From Chrysomallon squamiferum (lineage: Eukaryota; Animalia; Mollusca): DNA of 64,000 bases. The stretch is from contig CM022669.1 of NCBI GenBank assembly GCA_012295275.1, positions 2,914,001 through 2,978,000 of the forward strand, read 5' to 3'. Below the pieces are notes generated by a model. That model saw only the letters and a list, made by a program, of their open reading frames with translations, was not told the origin of the DNA and searched no databases. This document shows, in pieces, positions 53,062-64,000 of this stretch (the stretch's first letter is position 1; each line of letters opens with the position of its first letter). Made by a program: the position numbers and the translations under genes.

Positions 53062-54635
53062 AAACTCGTATAAACAGCATAAGAAAACAACAATTGATTA
53101 GTTGTCAGTAGATGTCTTTCACTTTGTTATTCATATTCATTTTCCTTATTTTGTATCACTAATTGGTAGAATAAGATGCCATAAAATTAGTTAATCTGTG
53201 TCGAAGAAATTCTTTTGAAATAAATAAATTCAATTTTGAAAATGATCTTTTTGTTGTTGTTATTCTAACATCCGTAAAACAAAAACGTAATTAGCCATTC
53301 TTTTAAGAACGGAAATATGACATTTTGGTGTTTTTACTATGTGTTTGGTTTGAATGTTTCATGTTTAACTATGATCATAAAAACGTATTTCACTGGCATA
53401 ATACCATCTAAGTTCAATGTTGATAGCTTTGTCCAGGATTTAGTTAAATAAGCGTTAATAATTTCAAAGAATGTAATGTTGTCAGTCAGGAGTGTTTAGA
53501 AAGACGTAATAATTATATAAACTGTCATAACTGAGTTCACAGTTTTGAGTGTTATTTAAATATAATGTACTTTACTTAACAGACTCCTTTTTTGAATATC
53601 TTAACATATCTGAATTAAATTTATAAAAAGCCGTGTTGTCTGTTTTTTCTGTGTAGTGATTTATATGTAAAAGATTCCTTGCTGTTAATCTATCACAGTG
53701 GACTAAAAAGAAAAGAAAAAAGAAAAGAAAAACCGAAATAAGCCACCTCAGAACCCATCCAAAAACGAGTTCGACAGAGAATAATAAAATATGATGTTTT
53801 AGCGTTAAACAACAGATTTCTCCATCGCCAGGCATACATTTCAGAGTTCAGAAATCACCAGGGACTTCAGTGGAATTTAAGGTTCAAATTAAATACTTTT
53901 AATACGTTTAGCCAGTGGTAAAACTATTTTCACAATTCTGCAATTTAATTTTAGTGTTCTTGTCAAAGAACATCGACAACATTCCTTCTGTTAGTACATT
54001 CTGTAATGTTTTTTTTTCCATCTATATTAATCTATTCTGCCTTTTTATTATCACTGCTAATTTTTTCTCAGATAAAATAGAACGGGTCGATAAACGATCT
54101 CAGGGCTTCCGTGATATGAAAAGATTTCGAAAACTCGCATTAAGTAAATATTCGTTTTAAACCGTTAAATCTCCAAATCGTCCTGACATATTAATACACG
54201 TACTTTAAAAATCTAAATTGAAACCTCATATATTAATACAGTTACATGTATTTTAAAACTTTAAATTATAAAACTTTCAAATACCTCACAGTTATAACTA
54301 TTTGAAAAATCTTAAGCTGCAACCTTCGATATTTATTAATATTTGTAACAGTTCACGGCTACACTTGTTTAGTCAGCTAATGTCGACAATCTCACACTGG
54401 CTTCTTTAAACTTTAATTTAAATGAACTAATTGGTTTTCTGAATGTCTTCTAAAAGTGAAGCGATGTTAAGAAACAAATCTCACTGCAGTAAACAGCAGT
54501 TTATATTATTTTTATATCAATTTCAGGCATGTATCCAAAATATAATTTATAGATTTATTCTATTTTTCTTCTTTCTGTTCTCTTTTTCTGTTATTTCTCT
54601 CCGTTTGAATGTATCTTATCTATATCAATATATCA

Positions 54636-54647
54636 TCTGTCTATCTA

Positions 54648-54703
<56 letters not shown>

Positions 54704-54795
54704 CCTACCTACCTATCTATCTATCTCACTATCTATCTACCTACCTACCTACCTATCTATCTATCCATCTATCTCACTATCTATCTATCTATCTA

Positions 54796-54854
<59 letters not shown>

Positions 54855-54855
54855 A
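54636..54855. repeat. (CTGT)n/(CTAC)n/(CTAT)n compound repeat
   Basis: Direct reading. Confidence 0.96.
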
Positions 54856-55056
54856 TCCACCCATTTATTTTCTTTCAATAGGACATACATAATTCATACA
54901 AACCTGTGCCTCCAAAATAAGTACATGTGCAAGCAAAAATGACGGAAGACAAAGAAAGCGATAGTGTCCGCCTCCAGAGTGTGGGCAAATAGTGCAAACT
55001 CGTCACCAGCGTGTGTACGTTCACAGAAACCTAAATAATTAAATATTCATTCCTAA

Positions 55057-55583
55057 ACACACTCACACACACACACAGACACACAAACACACACACACAC
55101 AGACTGACACACACAGACACACACATACACACACATACACACCATACACACACAAACACACAGACTGACATACACACACACACACACACACACACATACA
55201 CACACAAACACACAGACTGACATACACACACACACACATACACACACATACACACACAAACACACAGACTGACATACACACACAGACTGACATACACACA
55301 CAGACAGACACACACACACACAGACTGACATACACACACAGACTGACATACACACACAGACTGACACACACACATACACACAAACACACAGACTGACATA
55401 CACACAGACACACACACACACAGACTGACACACACAGACACACACAGACACACACACACACACAGACAGACACAGACAACACACACACACCACACACACA
55501 CACACACACAGACTGACAAACACACACACAGACACACACACACACAGACACACACACACACACAGACAGACACACACAGACAC

Positions 55584-55617
<34 letters not shown>

Positions 55618-55855
55618 ACACACACACACATACACATACACACAGACACACACACAGACTGACACACACACACAGAGACTGACACACAAACACACACAAA
55701 CAGAAACACACACACACAGACACACACAGACACACACATACACACACAACAAACACACTTACACACTCAGACACACACAGACAGACACACACACACACTT
55801 ACACACTCAGACAGAAACACACGCACACACGCACAAATACACACAAACAAACACG
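55057..55855. repeat. ~800-bp (CA)-based satellite punctuated by cagactgaca
   Basis: Direct reading; source of the longest Cys/Val ORFs in the track. Confidence 0.96.
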
Positions 55856-57119
55856 TTTAGCAATATTCATTTTGTAATGATTAAAGTAATGGATCCGCCC
55901 CTAGAATCAGTCAAATAAAGTTATAAATAATGATAAATTATAAAACTAGATTAAAAGTTTCATTTGGTTGGAGCTGTGAATTTTTGTTTATTTCTTTGTT
56001 TATTTCAATATTTAGTTTTTAGAAAAAAAAAAAAAAATGAAGAAAAAGAAAAACGATACAGCTCGCTTGAATGCTAGTGATAATAACAACTAATATGAAA
56101 GGAGAGCGGTTTTTACATGACATTATTTAATGACGTTGTTAGGGACGGTTTTGTTTTTATTTCCCTTGTTATTTTTTTGTGTTAATATTTTTTTCTTTTT
56201 GTAATAATGGATTCTCTAATTCGTTCTGTATGTTGATGTTCTGAGAGGTTTTGCTGGATGAAATAGTTACAATAAATTTATTCTAAAATCTTTTTTAAAT
56301 TCAATATCTTCGTAAAGACGCTGACACATTTTATTTTAAATATATGTATGAAAATGAGAAATTTTTCTAAATCCTAAATTAAAATAACAAAATCAGCAGC
56401 ATCAAAACATAATTAAAATAAATATTATTACCATTATAACCACCACTTACAACAACAACAGTAATAATAACAACAACAGCAATAGCAGCAACAACAACAA
56501 CATCAGCAGCAATAATAATAACAACAGCTTGTCACATTACGTGTCATTTAATCTTATTTGTGTTTATAAATCTTTTATTGTTACTCATTAATAAAAAAAA
56601 ATGTGTCTTTGCTTCTTAGTTGCGTATGATAATTTTCCAGATAAACAGTATAACTAAATGACAATTACATTTCACATCTTAAAACTGAAACCCCATCTGC
56701 TTGACCTTTTGTTCTGTGTTCAGTGGAGACTGATATCTGATGTCCATTTGTGTACTGCATTTGTGTTTAACCCGTGCTTATTATATTTGGCTTTGTTTTA
56801 AAAATCTGTTTTTATTATTCAGTGTTTGGTGTATGCCAGTGTCTGTAACAATATCCATTGTTTCCAGATCGGGTAATTATTTCTGACAGCCAGTTACCGT
56901 GTTGTCTGCGGTTTCCAACACCAGAGATCTTGAAACACGCAGTCACGACACTGGAGCATCTGCAAATCTGGATATTACTAAAGATTATTAAAAAGAATTA
57001 ACTAAAGTAGACCATACATGTCACCCTGTGTATTTTATGTTTGTAACTAGATTGTAGCAAGTATATTGTCAGACAATTAGGTACAAAACGCAGTCTTTTT
57101 GATTTTGATTATTCTACGT

Positions 57120-57450
57120 CATGTTATTGTATCTTTAAAATTACAACTTTATGGTCGTTCTGCGTTATGTTATAATCTTTAAAATCATCATTTTATTATA
57201 ATCATACTACATTATGTTACTGTGGCTTTAAAGCTACCGTAGTGTGATCAATCTGTGTAATGTTACTATATCTTTAAAATTACCGTATTGTGATCATACT
57301 CCGTTTTGTTACTATATCTTTAAAGTTACTGTATTATGATCATACGATATTATGTTACCACAATCTTTAAAGATACCGTTTAGATTATCTTTAAATTACT
57401 ATAATTATTACGTTTTTTCAGGCTGAATTATGTTAATATATTTTTAAGAC
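57120..57450. repeat. Degenerate minisatellite, ~46-bp unit (tgttactatatctttaaaattaccgtattgtgatcatac...), about 6-7 copies
   Basis: ctttaaa recurs near 57132, 57176, 57225, 57271, 57317 and 57364. Confidence 0.8.
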
Positions 57451-58059
57451 GTTCATAATGTGTTATTTTAATTATATTATTATGTTGTTCATTCTGTACT
57501 GTAGGACTTCATGTTTTTTATTTATATAATTTCATGACGTTTTTAATATTTTTATTATTCCACGTATACATCATGTCATGTTATTCTGCTTTTACGGTTT
57601 TGTATGTCCACACTATCACCACATTCTCCTGATTCATCCGACGTCTGTGCTACATTATAATATTACAGTCCAAACACACCAAATCAATACAGAAACAGAA
57701 ATAAATAAAGAAAATAATCTAAGCCTGGAACACAACATCACTAATAAGGCATAAACTACGACACCGCTGATGTCTGCCGTTGATTTCACGGGGTCAAGCA
57801 AACAAACTAACACACGGGTAAAATCAGCCCTGAAATATGAAGAATCAATATACGAAATATGATTAGTACGGTGCCAGGCTTTGCCAATATTTACCAACAC
57901 ACGATTTAACTTAATTACAACCGTATGGTCTGCACATTCTGATTCATGCTGCAGTTTTTACACAAAATCTTTGTTTCAAGTCGAACATTAAATATTTGAA
58001 AATGTCATTTGTTGAAAGGAATATGATTAATAAACAAAGACTTATTTTAAAGCTCTCTG

Positions 58060-58500
58060 CAGCTACTATTACTACTGCTGCTACATCTACTAGTTATTAC
58101 TACTTTAGTACTACTGCTGCTACTTCTTCTAGTTATCACTACTATACTGCTACTACTTCTACTATTTTTACTAGTTATCACTACTATACTGCTACTACTT
58201 CTACTATTTCCACTAGTTATTACTACTATACTGCTGCTACATCTACTAGTTATTACTACTTTAGTACTACTGCTGCTACTTCTTCTAGTTATCATTACTA
58301 TTGCTGCTACTTCTACTAGTTATTACTACTTCTACTATTTCTACTAGTTAGTACTACTATACTGCTACTGCTGCTGCTGTTACTGCAAATACTACTTTGC
58401 CCATTACAACTATAATTAATATTACTACTACTACCTCTGCCTTTACTTCTACTACTGCTGATACTACTACTACTACTACTACTACTACTATTTCTACTAG
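58060..58500. repeat. (ACT)-based repeat with a higher-order duplication
   Basis: actgctgctacatctactagttattactactttagtactactgctgctacttcttctagttatca occurs near 58074 and again near 58230. Confidence 0.9.
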
Positions 58501-60867
58501 TTAATATTGTTATTGTTACTGTTACTATAACTAGAATAATTACAACAACTGCATTAATGCTAATACTGCAATACTACAACTGCACTAGAAACATTGCTAC
58601 TAGAACTACTAGTACTAGTATTACTGTTAATATTATTAGTGCTAGAGCAACACTAACACAACTGCAACTACTGCTATAACTTTTTCATTCATGTTATTAT
58701 TACTGTTTTCCATACTATTATTACATTATTACTGCTACAAACAACTGCACTCTAATCATCAACAACATCACCACAGTTACAAGTATTACTACTAATGTTA
58801 TTAGTGCTAGTGCAACACTAACAAAACTGCAATACTAAATAATTTTAGTAATAATAATATTAATAATATTTTAATAATAATAATAATAATAATGAATTAC
58901 TGTAATAATAATAATAATAATAACCTCTAATCAGTAATAACAGTAGTAGAAGCACAAATACAAGTAGTACTACTAGTACAAGTAGTAGTAGTAGCACAAA
59001 ACAGTAAGATAAATAGAAATAGTAGTAGTAATAATAATAACAAAAACAACAACGATATTAATAACATCACTACCAATAAATCATAACAACTGGTGGATTT
59101 GCTTACTTTTTACACGTCAAAAAAAATAAAATAATAATATATGGAAAGAATATATCTTCTGTTGCCCCGTACTGCTATTTTATGATGACATTTCTGATTT
59201 CTCTCTCAAGCTTAATGGAACCAATAGAAATGACTGATTCACTGCTGTCTGGAAAGTCCATATTCTGATGGCTCGCTTCAATCAATCTTAACAGACATGA
59301 TATCTCACTATGCGAGGTTACAGTGTCAAATTCTGGCTCATTCTCATATGCTCCCTGTTAGAACAGGCAAAGGCGAGTTAAACGGTTTCTTCTGTAGCGG
59401 GGAGACTGTCAATACTGAGGCAGTGCTGATCGCGGGCTGCTAGCTAATCTGACTGAATCTCGTCGAGAACAAACACCAGCCACTTCGTCCTCTGTTTGCT
59501 GCCAGATCTGTATGCTGTTTTACATACCATTTATCTAATTAACTTGACAGCGTTTTACGAAACGTTTTTCTTAGTGCTTTGGAGAGTTGTAGTCTTGCTT
59601 CAGAGTTTTTTTTTAATTTTTTCTTTCTCGAGTTACTTTTGTTCCTTCTAAGACAGAAGTAATGAATTAATGGTATTTTTGTTGGTTTTTATTATTTTAG
59701 TGTATTTCTTTACATCTAATGTTGTTGTTGTTGTTGCTGTCATCGTCATCATCATTATCGGTAACTGTAATACTGCATTAGAAGTGGCAGTTGCCGTTGT
59801 GTTGGTAGAGGTAGAGGTAGTAGCAATAATAGCAGATCTAGCAGCAGCAATACTAATAGTTGAGATAGTAGTGACAGTAGTAGGAGTGGTAATACGTGTA
59901 GTAATAAGTAATAACTGTAGTAGCAGAGGCTGTAGTAGAAAATGAAAAAGAAGTAGTAGAAGTAAAACAAAAAGTGATAGCACCAGCAGCAGCAGCAGCA
60001 GCAGCAGAAGTAGTAGTAGCAGTAGCAATATTAACTCTAGTGGCATTAGCAATAGTATTGGTGGCATGGTAGTAGGTGTAGAAATAGTCTCCTATTTACG
60101 ATTTGCTTACGTTCTGACTGACCGGACGTAACTCGGCACTTACTTAAATTTCTTTGTTTTTTTATGAAATACTGAGCAGAATTTTGCAGTCTTATTGACA
60201 GGATGTACAATAAGGAAATAAGAGTTTCTATTTATTTATCTTTTATTTCTGATTTTGTTTAGTTCGTGGTCATAAGTACAGATGGACGAAAGTCGCAAAG
60301 TTTGTAAGGAGGAGACTACGTGTAAAAGAAATAACACAAACCGCTGTTTATTTAACACTGTTTATTCAACAGGTATTGATATCTGTAATTATTTTATTTC
60401 ATTCTCTTTAATGAAAATATATAACTAAATGAGAATAACTGAATAGATCTATTTTATAGCGAATGCTAAAACATGGACTGACTGATGTTAGACGTAAAAT
60501 ACTATCACAGTAGCATCAACAGCAGTAGTAACAGTAATAGTAATAATACCAGCAGTATAATAGTTGTAATAGTAATAGCAGTAATACTTCTTGTGCTGTA
60601 ATAGTAATGTTAGTGGTAATATAACTACTAGTCATTACAGTGGCGAACCTACATTTTTGTGGCCTGAAGTTGAACAATTATCGGTGCACTTCACAATCAG
60701 AAACTGGGTCAGGCTAACTCTTCCTATCTTCTTTGGCAGTGTTCCATGTCAGGTTTTAAAAATCTCAGATTTGATTAAAATTATTAAGAAATGCAGACTA
60801 AAGTCGCTTCTGGGATCCCTCTGGGGCGCGAAGCTCAAATTTCATTAGTTCATATGTTCAAACTGTT

Positions 60868-61015
60868 CGTAGCAGCTGTAGTAGTAGTAGTAGTAGTAGC
60901 AGCTGTAGTAGTAGTAGTAGCAGTAGTAGTAGTAGTAGCAGCAGCTGTAGTAGTAGTAGTAGTAGTAGCAGCTGTAGTAGTAGTAGTAGCAGTAGTAGTA
61001 GTAGTAGCAGCAGCT

Positions 61016-61049
<34 letters not shown>

Positions 61050-61168
61050 CAGCTGTAGTAGTAGTAGTAGTAGTAGCAGCTGTAGTAGTAGTAGTAGCAG
61101 CTATAGTAGTAGTAGTAGTAGTAGTAATAGTAGCAGCTGTAGTAGTAGTAGTAGTAGTAGTAGCAGCT

Positions 61169-61211
<43 letters not shown>

Positions 61212-61415
61212 CAGCTGTAGTAGTAGTAGTAGTAGTAGTAGTAGCTATAGTAGTAGTAGTAGTAGTAGTAAGTAGTAGCAGCAGCTGTAGTGTAGTAGTA
61301 ATAGCAGCAGCTGTAGTAGTAGTAGTAGCAGCAGCTGTAGTGTAGTAGTAATAGCAGCAGCTGTAGTAGTAGTAGTAGGAGGAGGAGTAGTAGTAGTAGT
61401 AGTAGAGGTAGCAGC
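60868..61415. repeat. (GTA)n array punctuated by GCAGCT
   Basis: Units are GCAGCT(GTA)4-11; source of the poly-Val and poly-Tyr ORFs. Confidence 0.96.
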
Positions 61416-62258
61416 ATATGTATTAATGAGGCAATAGAAAACATATTTCGTACAGTTTGATTGTGAAAACATGGACGTGAAACGAGTGACTGACGTTAGA
61501 CGTGTAAATACAGCGCAGATTATAGCGATCAATGGTTGTGGGGTCAGAATGAACGCTGTTCCATCAGATAATTCAATCACTGCATGCACAGAAATGTGTT
61601 TCGTTTCGTCAGTTTGATCGCACTGGCAGTGAAACTAATGTAATTTGTTAACTATGACAACTGAAACAAATCAGTAGTTCTTGAACACGATGTTCTTACA
61701 AATGAAACAAGACAGAATCTTTTGAATCGCTGTTTCTTATGATTGATACAAGGAAGAATGTTTAGAATCACTGGGGTTTTTTTTGCGAATGAAACAAATG
61801 AGAATGTTTCAAGCATTGTTTCGTACAACCGAACAAGGGGAGTTCATACAACAGCAACGATTCCTGCCATTTCCCCCATTAACACTCTACTTGAGCTGTT
61901 GATAACAATTGTTTCTGAATAGGTATCATAATTATTGAAAGGAGATATCGCAGAACGTATTCTGGATATTTGAATATTTGCTTTTCATATCCAGATTCAT
62001 TTACAAAAAGATATGACAATGATCATTTAATTAATAATCAGATATTTGAAAAAAAAGCTTCTAAGATAATTTTTTAAAACACGAATTCAAACTGGAGTCT
62101 GTTGTGTTTGAGAATAACCGTTAGAGCAATTAATTAAATTTCTTTCTACATCTATTTCATGTCAAACAAATAGTGATTCTGATGGAGAATCTTCAAAGAC
62201 GTTCGCAATATTTCTTAATTAGCAATACAGGATCACTTGTAAAGAGTCTTGCGATTTC

Positions 62259-62325
<67 letters not shown>
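62259..62325. repeat. (AAT)n microsatellite
   Basis: Direct reading. Confidence 0.97.
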
Positions 62326-62326
<1 letters not shown>

Positions 62327-64000
62327 CAACCAGTCTCAATGAAAACCAATGATAGTGCTACGGATGAAAAGGAATTTAGTTCTATGAGCATCTGAATCAA
62401 GCGATATAACCATTGGGCCATCAGCAGCCTAGTCCAAAATGAAGAATTTATTTGCATGAAACTGTCACGAGAAAAAAATCTCTCCCTTTTTTTAACCTTT
62501 TTAAAAAGTTAATTCATTCATTCGTTCGAAAATTAATTAATTCTTCAATGACGCATTCCCTTCGTCCATTCATCCATCCATTCATCGCTCATTTAGTCAG
62601 TAATTTATTTTGTTATAACTTGTTTTATTAATATTCAATCAGTCAGTAATTTATTGTTATTAATATTGTTATTATTATGATTTTTTTTGTTTTCATTTTT
62701 ATAGTTTTATTAACATTTCGAATCTAAATATAATTATCTTACGATTTGAAATTATTCTGCTCTTTTCTGTGTTATCTCAAAGACCGTCAACAAAAAGAAC
62801 AATCTGTTCTAGTGTGGACAAATTTCAGTCATCCACACACAACGAAATTGTTTCCATCAGAGCTCTGGTTGGATGTCCGAAAAATCTACGCCAGTGAGTA
62901 CTTGTTATAAATGACATTTCTCAGCAATTGTTCATAATCGATTGCATTTATTGCGCACCCATGACTCAAGCTATTTGACTCACTGATTGGAATATACACT
63001 TGATTAAGTAACAAACCCTTATGGCTGAAAGATGCAGTCGTCGGCTCAACGCCAAGTGATGTTCATCAATTTCCCGTCGATAATTTGCTCCCAACGTCCC
63101 GTTCAATTGCCGGACAGCAAAGCGGAAGGATAGACGTGTTCGAGCGATTCCGGGAGTACTGTAGTCAGCTGCTTACAACAAAACATGGCTTCTGTCAGAC
63201 TTGACCTTTTTTCATGACTCGTTTATTCACAGATGGACACAGTTGGTAAACGGAGGAAGAGGATAATTATAGGCTCTTTGAACGAGAAAAAAAGAAAAGA
63301 AGAAAAAAAGCTCTTAGTATTTTTGAATAGAAGCAAAATATTAAAAAAACAGAACAATTGAATAATAGAGATTTATTGGTCATTTTACTAATTTTTCAAT
63401 TTTGGTTTTGTTTGTGGGGAGGTCTCTTGTTTTTATTAATTAATTTATTATTTATTTATTTATTATTTTATTATTATTATTATTATTATTATTGCAGAAC
63501 AAGAGAAGCATTACTGACCCATTTAATAGATAGTTTGTTTTGCTAGTTTTAAGACAACGTGGTTCCTGTGTAACTAAGTTTTTGTATCGGAAGTTAATTT
63601 TACAAACTGCAAGGACAGTTATCATTTCCTTATGCTTGTCTGTCAAAACACTGGTAAAATTTTGAATTTAAATAGAGAAGAAAATGTCTGCAGTGGTTTT
63701 AAACTTAGGTAGATTCTTTTGTAAAACCGACATCAACGTGTTCTAATTTTAATACGTGTAAATACTCTGACTCCGTGACTGGCCATTTCATTATTACAAA
63801 TAACAATATGGTATTTATATTTGTTAGAATATTAACATATAAATAATCACATTTCTTCTTCATTCTGCAATAATATTTTTAACTAGATATTTAAGACGTG
63901 GAGAGCGAAATCACAAAACTTTCTTTATCGAATACTTCGGCCATATTTGTTATTTAAGCTAATTAGAGAAAACACGTTTTATACGACGATGTCACGGACT

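Noticed and set aside
55031-55798. Long Cys/Val-rich ORFs (231-255 aa)
   Set aside because: They are translations of a (CA/TG)n satellite, open in all three frames, with no splice signals or domain.
57996-58319. Thr/Ser/Tyr repeat ORF (TAATSTSYYY...) resembling a mucin or shell-matrix protein
   Set aside because: It is a duplicated (ACT)n-type repeat, and stops appear immediately around it. No signal peptide or clear splice sites.
59648-60067. Signal-peptide-like poly-Leu plus Thr-rich ORF
   Set aside because: Derived from (CTG)/(CTA) trinucleotide repeats, with overlapping open frames on both strands.
60791-61589. Poly-Val, poly-Tyr and poly-Leu ORFs resembling membrane or structural proteins
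   Set aside because: Translations of the (GTA)n/GCAGCT array; no other coding evidence.

Overview
This is eukaryotic, AT-rich, microsatellite-dense genomic DNA, most likely from a mollusc or other lophotrochozoan (inferred from the protein style and from SINE-like relics). There are no prokaryotic features. The only well-supported gene is a spliced minus-strand lachesin/DIP/IgLON-like cell-adhesion protein with a signal peptide and three Ig domains. I reconstructed it by hand from GT-AG exons whose phases match at every junction: 43123-43165, 32697-32806, 31614-31818, 29579-29731, 28952-29080, 28200-28490, 26521-26733, and a less certain last exon at 24307-24506 (about 447 aa in total). Most ORF-track entries are translated microsatellites. 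The most notable observations are: a candidate alternative terminal exon giving a secreted 3-Ig isoform; a ~550-bp fold-back MITE between Ig3 and that exon; a partial duplicate of exon 3 that creates a decoy acceptor or 9-nt microexon; no recognisable GPI or transmembrane anchor; an exact 250-bp duplication 34 kb apart anchored at (CT)n tracts; and (TA)-centred fold-back palindromes. I found no convincing evidence of a wholly new biological system. The best lead is the isoform-control architecture of the Ig gene.
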